A stretch of 32,000 nt of DNA from Candidatus Saccharimonadota bacterium (GTDB lineage Bacteria; Patescibacteriota; Gracilibacteria; BD1-5; UBA6164), in assembly GCA_965229705.1 (NCBI GenBank), contig OZ245922.1:900001-932000 (forward strand), given 5' to 3'. Positions 1-13,333 of the stretch are shown here, in pieces (positions within the stretch are counted from its first letter, which is position 1; each line of letters starts with the position of its first letter). The notes below the pieces were generated by a model that did no database searches, was not told where the DNA came from, and worked only from the letters and a program-made list of their open reading frames with translations. Both the position numbers and the translations under genes were made by a program.

Positions 1-7
1 ACTATTT

Positions 8-83
8 GGGTCTGTAGCTCAGGGGTTAGAGCAGTCGGCTCATAACCGATTGGCCGTTGGTTCAATTCCAACCAGGCCCACCA
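8..83 (+). tRNA. tRNA with CAU anticodon (elongator Met or lysidine-type Ile2), 3' CCA encoded
   Basis: Hand-folded cloverleaf: acceptor gggtctg/caggccc (one G-U), D arm gctc..gagc, anticodon stem gtcgg/ccgat with loop ctCATaa, T arm gttgg-ttcaatt-ccaac, discriminator A then CCA. The anticodon stem lacks the three consecutive G-C pairs of an initiator tRNA. Confidence 0.85.
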
Positions 84-264
84 TTCTTCATGTTACTATG
101 AGCTAGGAATGGTATGTCAGTATACCTTCTACAAGCTTTGTTATCGAAGAAACTACGTCATCTGAGTCTGAAGTGTATCCTATTAAATATTACGAGAGGA
201 TAAGCAAAAATACTCTTTACATAAATAAAGGAATACCTTTTTGAGAAAAAAGTAGTAAATTGTT

Positions 265-292
265 TTGACAAAGAGGCCTCGACTTATAGAAT
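265..292 (+). promoter_or_regulatory. sigma70-type promoter candidate for the rRNA operon
   Basis: TTGACA (265-270), 16-nt spacer, TAGAAT (287-292), about 140 nt upstream of the 16S 5' end. The rplC promoter at 14464-14491 has the same hexamers and spacing. Confidence 0.55.
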
Positions 293-430
293 GAGCCGGC
301 TTTCAAATCGGAAGGCGCAAAAATTGCTCTTTAAAATAAGCAGAATATTAGAAAAAAGTGACACTAAGTGCTTTGGAAAAAACTTAAAAAATCAAAGTCC
401 TATATTGTAGTATATAATGTAGGCATTACG

Positions 431-1905
<1,475 letters not shown>

Positions 1906-3138
1906 TATTTTTCCTGAAAAGCACAAAGTTCCTTTTTTCTAATATCTTGTTTATTTTGTTCCTTAGCATAATCTGATCAGTCAAAGTTAATTAACTTTAA
2001 AACTATATTATAAATTATAATATAAAAATTATTAAAATTTACTCATAGCATAAAGTGGATGCCTTGACTCGAGTATCCGATGAAGGACGTACAAGTCTGC
2101 GATAAGCTTGGAGAAGCTGACAAGAAGCGTTATTACTCCAAGATTTCCGAATGGGGGAACCTAAGAGAGCCAATCTCTCTTATCCACAAAGTGGATGGAC
2201 ACGTAGTGAACTGAAATATCTCAGTAGCTACGGAAAAGAAATCAAAAGAGATTCCCTGAGTAGTGACGAGCGAAACGGGATCAGCCCAAACCGTGATGTA
2301 TGTATAGGTAGCTTTTGTACGCACGGGGTTGTAGGAATAGTATTCGGGGAGGCTAATAAACCGGATATAGTATATTATAGTTAAGAGAAGCATGATGAAA
2401 CATGTGCCAGAGAGAGTGGAAGCCTCGTATCATAAAACTATTTTATATTGTATGTACTATTTCCTGAGTAGGATCAGGCACGTGGAACCTGGTTTGAATC
2501 TGGGGAGACCACTCTCCAAGGCTAAATAGTACTCGAGATCGATAGTGAACTAGTACCATGAGGGAAAGGTGAAAAGAACCCCGGGAGGGGAGTGAAAGAG
2601 AACCTGAAACTTTATGCTTTTAAAGAGATGGAGCCTACGGGTGACATCGTACTTTTTGTAGAACGGACCAACGAGTTAGTGAGTATGGCAAGGTTAAGAC
2701 AGTTTTAGTCGGAGCCGTAGTGAAAGCGAGCCTGAACAGGGCGTAGAGTCATACTTACTAGACCCGAAACTAGGTGAGCTTCCCATGAGCAGGCTGAAGC
2801 GGTGGTAAAACACCGTGGAGGGCCGAACCATTTGGAGCTGCAAGTCCATTGGATGACTTGTGGGAAGGAGTGAAAAGCTAATCGAACCTAGAGATAGCTG
2901 GTTCTCCGCGAAATAGCTTTAGGGCTAGCGTCGGTTAACTCTTATGGAGGGGTAGAGCTCTGATAGGGCTAGCGGGAGGCAACTCTTAGTAAACCCTGAT
3001 AAACTTCGAATACTCCATAAATTATTCCGGCAGTCAGACAGTGACAGATAAGTGCCATTGTCAAGAGGGAAACAGCCCAGACTACTATCTAAGGCCCCTA
3101 ATTCATAACTCAGTGGAAAAAGATGTGAGATTGCTGAG

Positions 3139-3169
<31 letters not shown>

Positions 3170-3170
3170 T

Positions 3171-3201
<31 letters not shown>

Positions 3202-3962
3202 TAGCGATTTTGCGCTGAAAATTCAACGGGGCTAAGTTATGAGCCGAAGATGTAGAATTATTTATAATTGGTAGCGGAGCGTTCCGTATGTTGATGAAGG
3301 TGAGTGGTGATGCTTGCTGGAGATATCGGAAGTGAAAATGTTGGTATGAGTAACGTAATGAAGATGAAAACTCTTCACACCGGATACCCAAGGTTTCCTA
3401 CGCAACGTCAGTCGACGTAGGGTGAGTCGGTCCTAAGGTGCAACCGAAAGGTGGAGCTGATGGATATCAGGTTAATATTCCTGAACTATGTATATCAGTG
3501 AAGGGGGGACATATCGGGATATAGAAGACTCTCAACGAATTGAGTTACGAAAACAAGTCTGAGAATGTAGGCAAATCCGCATTTTTAAGGACGAGTTTAG
3601 TTAAGGTAATTGTATTTGCTTGCAAATACATGACCCGGCTTCTACTATATTCGGGTATCAAGAAAAGCCTCTAAACTTATGGTATATGTAACCGTACCGA
3701 AAACGAACACTCGTGGGTTAGTGGAGAACACTCAGGTGGACGAGATAACTATGCTTAAGGAACTCGGCAAAACAGCGGTCGTAACTTCGGGATAAGACCT
3801 GCCTAGAGGGTATTTTACACTCTAGGCCGCAGCGAAAGAACTCAGGCGACTGTTTACCAAAAACACAGCTCTCTGCAAACTCGTAAGAGGATGTATAGGG
3901 GGTGATGCCTGCCCAGTGCCAGAAGGTTACGGGGATGTGTGCAAGCACTGAACTTAAGCCCT

Positions 3963-4739
<777 letters not shown>

Positions 4740-5254
4740 AAGTTCCGACCCGCACGAATGGCATAACGGTCTGAGTACTGTCTCAAGCATAGACTCGGTG
4801 AAATTGCAATGTCGGTAAAAATGCCGACTACCTGCAGCAAGACGGAAAGACCCTATGGAGCTTTACTACAGCTTGGTATTGGGTTATGTTTTAAGATGTG
4901 CAGAATAGGTGGGAGACTATGAGATATTACCGCTAGGTGATAAGGAGTCACCTTTGAGATACCACCCTTCTTACAATGTAACCCTCACCCGCAAAGCGGG
5001 GACAGTGCTTGGTGGGTAGTTTAACTGGGGCGGTTGCCTCCTAAAGAGTAACGGAGGCGCGCAATGGTTGACTATCTTCGGATGGAAATCGGAGAGATAG
5101 TGTATTCGCATAAGTCAGCCTGACTGAGAGACCTACAAGTCGATCAGACACGAAAGTGGGCGAAAGTGATCCGGCACTAACGCGTGGAAGTGGTGTCGCT
5201 CAACGGATAAAAGTTACCCTAGGGATAACAGGCTGATCGCGTCCAAGAGTTCAC

Positions 5255-5306
<52 letters not shown>

Positions 5307-5310
5307 GAGA

Positions 5311-5382
<72 letters not shown>

Positions 5383-5780
5383 TGGCCCCTATCTGCTGTA
5401 GGCGTTTAGGAATTTGAGGAGACCTGCTCCTAGTACGAGAGGACCGGAGTGGACGAACCTCTGGTGTATCGGTTGTCTGGTCTACAGGCACTGCCGAGTA
5501 GCTAAGTTCGGAATGGATAACCACTGAAAGCATCTAAGTGGGAAGCCAACTTCAAGATAAGATTCCTCTGGCCTTGAGCCAATAAGACCCCTTGAAGACT
5601 ACAAGGTTGATAGGTTTCAAGTGTAAGAGTAGTGATACTCTCAGCTGAGAAATACTAATAGGTCGAAAGAGTTTTAATATTTTTATGTAATAATTTATAT
5701 GGTGTTTTTTTTGTTAATTAACTTTGATAGGTCAGTTTATGCCTGGTTAAAATACATGTTCTTCTTGTTTAATGCTAGTA

Positions 5781-5898
5781 TCTTGGTGATTATAACGGTT
5801 GGGGTACACCTGTTCCCATTTCGAACACAGTAGTTAAGTCAATTTGTGCCGATGGTAGTGCATCTCGTAGATGTGTGAGAGTAGGTAGTCGCCAAGAT
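5781..5898 (+). rRNA. rrf: 5S rRNA
   Basis: tcttggtga...tcgccaaga terminal helix. Conserved CCTGTTCCCATTTCGAACACAGTAGTTAAG and GAGAGTAGGTAGTCGCCAAGA segments. About 118 nt. Confidence 0.93.
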
Positions 5899-5974
5899 TC
5901 TGATATTAAGCATGTGTAATAAAAACAGAGCCTTTTCTCAGGCGAGCTTATACGAGTATCACAGCGTGCTATAT

Positions 5975-6050
5975 GCACGAGTAGCTCAGTTGGAAGAGCA
6001 GCGCCCTTCTAAGGCGAAGGTCACAGGTTCGAGCCCTGTCTCGTGTACCA
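5975..6050 (+). tRNA. tRNA-Arg (anticodon UCU), CCA encoded
   Basis: Acceptor gcacgag/ctcgtgt, D arm gctc-agttggaa-gagc, anticodon loop ctTCTaa, T arm acagg-ttcgagc-cctgt, discriminator A then CCA. Confidence 0.88.
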
Positions 6051-6063
6051 TTTTACATATTTC

Positions 6064-6140
6064 GGGTGATTAGCTCAGATGGCGAGAGCATCTGCCTTAC
6101 AAGCAGAGGGTCGGGAGTTCGAGTCTCTCATCACCCACCA
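6064..6140 (+). tRNA. tRNA-Val (anticodon UAC), CCA encoded
   Basis: Acceptor gggtgat/atcaccc, D arm gctc-agatggcga-gagc, anticodon stem tctgc/gcaga with loop ctTACaa, T arm cggga-gttcgag-tctc(t), discriminator A then CCA. Confidence 0.88.
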
Positions 6141-6145
6141 TAAAA

Positions 6146-6192
6146 ATCCTTCGTGTTACTATAATATTTATGGTAGTAGGAAGGATTTTTTT
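6146..6192 (+). terminator. Rho-independent terminator candidate closing the rRNA/tRNA operon
   Basis: atccttc (6146-6152) pairs with gaaggat (6180-6186), with partial pairing in the intervening segment, followed by a run of 7 T. Confidence 0.55.
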
Positions 6193-6217
6193 ATTATTTT
6201 ATTCATCAGGAATATAT

Positions 6218-7804
6218 ATGATTATATTATGGATTTGGCCACTTATTTTTACCTTTTATATATTTGGTTGTTTTATGCTCTGATGGGAGCATCCTTTGGT
6301 ATCAAGCCTTGTTATCACCCTTGCCTTGGTTGCATTTCTAGGACTCATGAATCATCATGAAACAGTAGCTCGATTTGCAAAACCAAAGAAAAACCAAATA
6401 AACGCTTTTCAAATATATTGGAAAATACTCAAAACTTTTTCAGATTCTACGGAGTTTATGGCTATTTTTATACTTCTCCCACTGTTATTTGGATGAGCAT
6501 ATGTTTTTAGTGAACTTGGATTTTTTACCTATCTTCCCCACTTTCATATACCTTGGGCTCCAGTACTTACTATCATAGGAATAATGTCTGCTGCAAATAA
6601 TGCGATGTCTGAGATACTTGAGAAAATTTATCTTCTTGAAAAAAAAGTATGAAAGTATGGGACATTGGTATGTATGTCACTTCTTTCTTCACTGACAGGT
6701 GAACCAGCAAATGCAGCAATACAAAATAAATATCTTCTTCCACGACTACCAAAAAATAAAAAACACCGTACAGAAGTAGGAGTAGGTATTGCAGCGTCAA
6801 TTTGATCAGGATGAGGACTGACTTTTTTCTCTCCCCCTGCTGTTATCATTATATGGAGCATCATGACAACAGTTTTTGGCTGGTCACTGTGAACGCTTTT
6901 ACTATGAGTATGAGGAATCGTTATTTTTCATGTACTTGTGTGTGTGGCAATATATGGAAAACATATTCAGGCTCTTCCTGAGAAAGATATGAAAAAAAAT
7001 GATTATCTCAATAAACAGGTATCAGGAGACTATACTCGGAGCCAAACATCGCTTTTTATTCTCGCATTTATTATTATAGGACATATTTTTATTTCTCTTC
7101 CTTTTTCAGACCCTTTTCAGCCATTTGCAAAATATATAGTATTTTGAGCAGATATTCTTTTGGGATTTTATACTTTTGGTGTTGCGCTTTTATGACAACA
7201 AGATAAAGCTTTTGATTTTCATCGTTTTGAAAGAGATTTGCAGCCACTTTTGATAGGAGGACTACTAATTGCTATTGATAATATTGGGATACTCGCAGAA
7301 CCAAGTATTATTTGGTTTGGACAAAACTTACCCCTAGCATGGATTCCACTTGCCATACTTCCAGTAATGCTCGCACTGGTATTGTTTGTTATTACATGAG
7401 TGATATCAGCACTTGCGGATAACGCTTTGGCGACAAAGGTGTTTATTAGTCTTCCGATCACTATAGCGTGAAGTATGCTTGCTGCTGGAAGCATTGATAC
7501 TTCACAGGCAGCACTTATTGCTAATGCAGGGGCTTTATGAGTTATTGTATGAGCGCTAACGTTTTGATGGATTACGGTACAAGGAAATCTTCCAAATTTT
7601 CCGATTCGTTCAGCTTTTGATATTGATCCTGTTGATTGGGTCAAGCGGGGATTTCCAAAATATGCTTATACTCTTTTTGCTCCCGTTATTGGTCTGGTAG
7701 TGGTGGTACTCTTTATACTTCCGTATATTATTTCACCATTAAATCTTGATGCTGCTTCTTCAAATAAAGCAGAAGCTCATTATAGCGAAGAATATCATTA
7801 CTAA
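6218..7804 (+). CDS. Polytopic membrane permease (528 aa), family unassigned; possibly an ion-transporter-superfamily or Na+/H+ antiporter-like protein
   Basis: I checked this codon by codon: 1587 nt with no TAA or TAG and about 16 in-frame TGA. Strongly hydrophobic throughout (MIILWIWPLIFTFYIFGCFMLGW..., ...GSGGGLTFFSPPAVIIIWSIMTTVFGW..., ...VITGVISALADNALATKVFISLPITIAGSMLAAG...). Start chosen at the first ATG after the terminator. Function is not established. Confidence 0.75.
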
Positions 7805-7890
7805 AAACAAAAGATCTCTCATCCACTCTGGCTCTACTGAGTCATCTCTCTTTTAAAAAAGGAGAAAAAAAGGACTTTTTCAGAGCTTTC

Positions 7891-8172
7891 TTAAATAATA
7901 CTCTCTCATTCAAATAACATTTCAGGTTGCCCATCCATATAAGGAAATGCTTGCTCTACGAGTGCCCAAACCTCGGGAATTTTCATACTTGCCTGGTGCG
8001 CTTCTTTTGATTCCCATTCTTCATATCCAAAGATAGTATCTCCAGAAATCGCCATGTTATATTTGATATTGCCAGGCATATGTATTTCTGATACCTGTCG
8101 TAATAAATCAGCGATTTTTTCTCCATTTCACTTTGTTGCTTGCATTTTAAATGCTCATACCCAGTTTGCCAT
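7891..8172 (-). CDS. Small ABM-domain-like protein (antibiotic biosynthesis monooxygenase/YgiN-like fold), 93 aa
   Basis: MANWVGAFKMQATKGNGEKIADLLRQVSEIHMPGNIKYNMAISGDTIFGYEEWESKEAHQASMKIPEVWALVEQAFPYMDGQPEMLFEGESII. The pattern xxE.W.s.eAhqaH...p resembles ABM domains. 3 UGA-Gly codons. Confidence 0.5.
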
Positions 8173-8232
8173 AAATATATTGTTATAGAGCTAATCAGTC
8201 ATATAGTATTTACTAATATATAAATTACAAAT

Positions 8233-9342
8233 ATGCAAAACTATAACTACCTCCTCACATCCTCTCTCTGACTCGAAGCTCTTGTGAAAAAAGAAGTCCA
8301 AAAACAAGACTATACTATTACCCAGGTACAGGATAAAGCTGTATATTTTGAGTGATGAGTCGAGGGAATAGCGCGCATGAACCTCTGGAGTCGATGTGGA
8401 AATATTCTATATCTTGTTCTCGAAAAACAGAAAAATATTACGGACTTTAATACATATTTTAATACTTTATATTCTATAGAATGGAAAAAATATATTCCAG
8501 ATGAGTATGAAATTCTTGTAAAAGCTACGAGTATTAAGTCAGATCTATGATCACTTTCGAGTCTTCAGAGTCTTGCAAAAAAGGCAATAGTGAAGAAACT
8601 GGTAGGAGAAAATACTCTCAAAGAAGATTCATCGCGTGGCATGATAGAAGTTCGAGTTCTCATGGAAAATAATACTCTCAAAGTTCTCCTGAATACCTCG
8701 TGAGACTGACTGCATAAAAGGGGTTATCGTGAGATGGCGTGAGATGCTCCACTCAAAGAAAATCTCGCTGCAGCACTGGTAATGTTATCAGGCTGGAGGT
8801 ATACACAGGTTTTGTATGATCCTTTTTGTGGTTCAGGGACAATTGTTATTGAGTCAGCGATGATCGCACGAAATATGGCTCCATGACTGAAAAGATCTTT
8901 TGCTTTTGAAAACTGGGAATGGATAGATAGTGATATCATCACAGAAGAAAAAAAACGAGCAAAATCTCTCCAATACGATGGAGATTACACTATTTATGCT
9001 TCAGATATTGATGTTGGAGTGATAGAGAAAGCGAGGAGGAACGCTAAATTCGCATGAGTCGATTCAGATATCAATTTCTCTCCCCAAGATTATGAGCTCG
9101 TGTTATCTCAACCAATTCAGTGAACTCTTATTTCGAATCCTCCTTATGGGAAGAGGCTAGACGCTGAAATAGATCAAATACATACAGATATTGCATCGCT
9201 TTTGTCTCATGGAAATATGACGGGAGGGATTATTACAAGTTATCCGAATTTTGAGGGTATTATCCCTGAAGTAAAGTATAAAAAAAGAAAGCTCTACAAC
9301 GGATGAGAGCTTTGTTATTTTTATCGAAAGGTTGAGATGTAG
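8233..9342 (+). CDS. THUMP-domain class I SAM-dependent RNA methyltransferase (RlmL/YpsC-like), 369 aa
   Basis: Frame checked throughout. Motifs: [41 protein letters not shown] (motif I) and [11 protein letters not shown] (motif IV). Confidence 0.8.
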
Positions 9343-9345
9343 TTA

Positions 9346-10254
9346 TTATCCTTTCACCATGAGGCTTGTTATAAGAGGAGCTATGGTTTGAATTTTCATA
9401 TTTTCTAAGGCTTTTGCTCTTTTTATATTTTCAGGTATAGAGTCAGAAACGATGAGCGTATCAAACGCTTCAGCAACTTTCTTATGCGATTCTTCTGGAA
9501 AAACCCCATGAGTAGCATAGGCGTTTACAGAATTTGCTCACTGATCTTTTAGTAACACTCATGTTTCTATCGATGTTCATCAGGTCTGAATGAGATCATC
9601 GACAACAAGAATATTTTTATCTTGAGGATTTCATTCTTTTATAGTCACTCTGCGATCGTCTCCATCTCGAACTTTATCGCATATGATTATTTCTTTTCCT
9701 TTAAAAAATTCTGAGAACCTCTCAGCTGCACCTTTATCTGGGAAACAAATAGCATCATACTGGTCTGTTTCTACAAGATGCATACCGGTATGGAGCTCAA
9801 CATTAACATTATCATTAAAGAAGTCTTTAATACGGACATCATGAATATCAAAGATGTGTATAGATGTTTTTCATTTTCTTCATTGAGGAATTGTAGAAAG
9901 GATTTTTGCAAAAGTTTTTGCGGTGACCACTTCTCCTCTTTTCTTTGCTCTTTCCATAGTTCATACGGGAAAAAAAGGAAGAATAAGTCTTACTTTATCA
10001 GCAGTATTATCGATGATAGAGTGAATAAGAGACATATTTCTTAATAAAAATTTAGGTTTTGAAAAATCCATAACCATGGTCACTTCTCTGTGTTCTATAA
10101 TATCTTCAACTTGATGTACAAATATATTTGGCCATCAGTCTCGAAAATTATTAAATTCAACTCTACAAGAATTGATTCATTCTCGTAACCAATGTTGAGT
10201 GACTCTTTCTAATTCTTGAAATTCAGGACTAAAAATAAGGGTTTGGCGTGACAT
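9346..10254 (-). CDS. prs: Ribose-phosphate pyrophosphokinase (PRPP synthetase), 302 aa
   Basis: MSRQTLIFSPEFQELERV...RLILPFFPVGTMERAKKRGEVVTAKTFAKIL...IHIFDIHD...ILVVDDLIQTGGTSIETGVLLKDQGANSVNAYATHGVF. The PRPP-binding loop VDDLIxTGGT is present. The 3' end was checked codon by codon. Confidence 0.8.
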
Positions 10255-10265
10255 TATTTATGCAA

Positions 10266-10303
10266 ATAAAAAAATAATAAACACTTAATAAGTATTTATT
10301 ATT
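10266..10303 (-). terminator. Rho-independent terminator candidate downstream of pheS
   Basis: aataataaacactt / aagtatttattatt hairpin (14 bp, one mismatch, loop aat) at 10273-10303. On the minus strand it is followed by a T run, seen as the A run at about 10268-10274 on the plus strand. Confidence 0.5.
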
Positions 10304-10324
10304 ATATGTCAAATTTTTTTTATT

Positions 10325-11392
<1,068 letters not shown>

Positions 11393-11597
11393 ACTATATG
11401 TTACTGATTATAACGAAACAGATGATAGGAAATGTCGCGAAATTTGCAAGAAAAGTCAGATATTTGAGTGATTTTCAAAAGTTATGAGGTAAGTAAATAA
11501 TCCTCATGTAAGAAGTATTTCAAAGGAGGAAGTTTTTTATTTTTACTTTTTTTATGTATAGTAAGAACAGTTACAACCAATTCAAACCATACACTAA

Positions 11598-12380
11598 ATG
11601 CCAAATTTTAATGACTTAGATTTGAAAAAATGGAAGAATATCGACCTAGATATGAATAGTCTATGGGTAATATCAGAGAGGAAAAAAGGATGAAAACACA
11701 ATAATTTTTATCATTGAAATTTTATTCCTCAAATTCCTGAACACTTCATAAAAAGGTATACAAAAAAATGAGGTTGGGTATTAGATCCATTTTTATGAAG
11801 CGCAACTACTGCTATAGAATGTGAAGAATTATGAAGAAATGTTATTTGAATAGATATTCAAAAAGAATTAGTAGATAGAGCAAAAAAATTAATAGATTCT
11901 AAAAAAATACATGCTCATTTTTGAGTATGAGATAGTTCCTCAAAAGAAACAAGACATGATATTGAGAAAATATTAAAGCATAGGAAGCTAGATGGTGTTG
12001 ATTTAGCTTTACTTCATCCTCCTTATGCTGATATAATAAGATTTACAGATAAGAAGGAGGATCTTTCAAATAGTGGTAGTATTGAAAACTTTTTACTGGA
12101 TTTTTGAAAAGTTTTAAAAAATACATATAAACTTTTAAAAAATAAATGATATATGGTTATAGTTATGTGAGATAAATATGAGAATTCTGAATGGATACCA
12201 CTATGATTTATGTGCATGGCTGAGGCTCAAAAAGTATGATTTAAATTAAAATGAGTAATTGTTAAAAATATGGAGTGAAATAGATGAAAGGCAGGAAGTT
12301 GATGAATTTGGAAGTATAGAGCATTAAATAGTGATTACTATTTATTTAAACATGAGTATATTTTAGTTTTTAAAAAGTAA
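11598..12380 (+). CDS. DNA methyltransferase (N4-C/N6-A family, motif I before motif IV), 260 aa, 18 UGA-Gly codons
   Basis: Frame checked codon by codon. YHGNFIPQIPEHFIKRYTKKGGWVLDPFLGSATTAIECEELGRNVIGIDI matches the HxAxFPxxL...VLDPFxGSGTT...GIEI signature of N4/N6 DNA methylases. It is followed by LALLHPPYADII, a (D/N/S)PPY-type motif IV with an unusual His. Confidence 0.75.
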
Positions 12381-12402
12381 AGTAATTAACCTAGTATTAA
12401 GC

Positions 12403-13074
12403 ATGAATCAGAATCCATTTAAAAAATGATCAAAGGCTTACGATGACTTCCAGACAATGAGTGATTTATTATGGCATTGTTCTAAGTGTGAGCTAAAATC
12501 AGGTCAAGCAAAAACTTGGCAAGTTTGGAAGGATGAGAAGGGAATACAACTATGACAGGATGATAATTGAAATTATTATAATATTAAGTTATGTGAGAAT
12601 TGTTGAGTTAAAACTCATCATAGGAAGATCATTTCAACACAAATCTTAAAAGCTCTAAAACCTAGATCTTGAATTTCTACTAAGGTTGCTAAAAAGGTTA
12701 AAGATCTTTATAAAAATCAGGAAGCATTTTTTTTGAGATATTTTTCTCCAAATCAGTTAGAAGTTGATCATAAATTTCCTCAAATTAGATGGAACAGTAT
12801 AGAAAATAATAATAATGATTTATCTGATGAAGAACTTATGTGAAAGTTTATACTATTATCTAGATCGAATAACTTATGGAAGTCTAGACAATGTGAAAAG
12901 TGTTATAAAACAGGAAAAAGGTGAAACTTTCCTTGAATTTATTTTTGGTGGAAGTGAAATAATTTGTGGGATAATGAGATTAATAAATATGATGAAAAAG
13001 GATGTATATGATGTTTCTGGCATGATCCATATAAATGGAGAAAAGAACTTAATAATAAAATAAATAATTCATAA
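12403..13074 (+). CDS. Candidate HNH (beta-beta-alpha-Me) restriction endonuclease with two Cys4 zinc sites, 223 aa
   Basis: Frame checked codon by codon: no TAA or TAG, 10 TGA. WHCSKCEL...LCENCG (CxxC...CxxC), LEVDHKFPQIRWN...LLSRSNNLWKSRQCEKCYKTGKRG...GCIGCFWHDPYKW (DH...N...N core plus CxxC...CxxC). Lies between two DNA methyltransferase genes. Confidence 0.6.
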
Positions 13075-13105
13075 AATATTTTGAAAAAGTTCATAAAATA
13101 TTTGA
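13067..13105. promoter_or_regulatory. Tandem imperfect palindromes; candidate operator (C-box-like) upstream of the HTH gene
   Basis: attcataaaatattttga (13067-13084) and gttcataaaatatttga (13089-13105). The two copies are 22 bp apart. Each has a TCA-N9/10-TGA outline around an AAAATATTT(T) core. They span the last codons of the nuclease gene and the 53-nt gap before the HTH gene. Confidence 0.4.
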
Positions 13106-13127
13106 TTTTTAATTTAAAATTATCACA

Positions 13128-13331
13128 ATGTCTAAGCTAGATAAGAATTTAATAAAAAAACTTATGTTACATAAAGATATAAATACTCTTTGAGAACTTG
13201 CCAAAGCTTTAAATATCTCTAAAAGCCAACTCTCAAATTTACTCTCTAATAAGTTTAATCCTATAAAGAGTAACATTCAGGAAATTGCTGATTTTTTTCA
13301 GGTTGATCCAATTGATTTACTAAAAAAATAA
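13128..13331 (+). CDS. XRE-family helix-turn-helix protein (R-M controller-like), 67 aa
   Basis: MSKLDKNLIKKLMLHKDINTLGELAKALNISKSQLSNLLSNKFNPIKSNIQEIADFFQVDPIDLLKK. Shows the typical HTH_3 pattern (ELAxxxxISxSxLSxxxxxK..P....L.xIAxxLxV). Its stop is 2 nt before the next methyltransferase ATG. Confidence 0.8.
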
Positions 13332-13333
13332 AT

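Noticed and set aside
5975-6140. Possibility that one of the tRNAs downstream of 5S is the UGA-decoding tRNA-Gly(UCA)
   Set aside because: The anticodon loops read ctTCTaa (Arg-UCU) and ctTACaa (Val-UAC). Neither has UCA.
6079-6360. Track ORF of 93 aa starting inside tRNA-Val
   Set aside because: It overlaps the tRNA and the terminator hairpin and is out of frame with the 1587-nt TAA/TAG-free permease frame that starts at 6218.
7219-7644. 141-aa minus-strand ORF
   Set aside because: It is antisense to the permease gene. The plus-strand frame is continuous for 528 codons and hydrophobic with TGA-Gly, so the minus-strand ORF is a by-product of codon bias.
12815-13063. 82-aa standard-code ORF within the nuclease gene region
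   Set aside because: It is in a different frame from the 672-nt TAA/TAG-free frame that carries the DH...N HNH core and four CxxC pairs. It has no motifs of its own.
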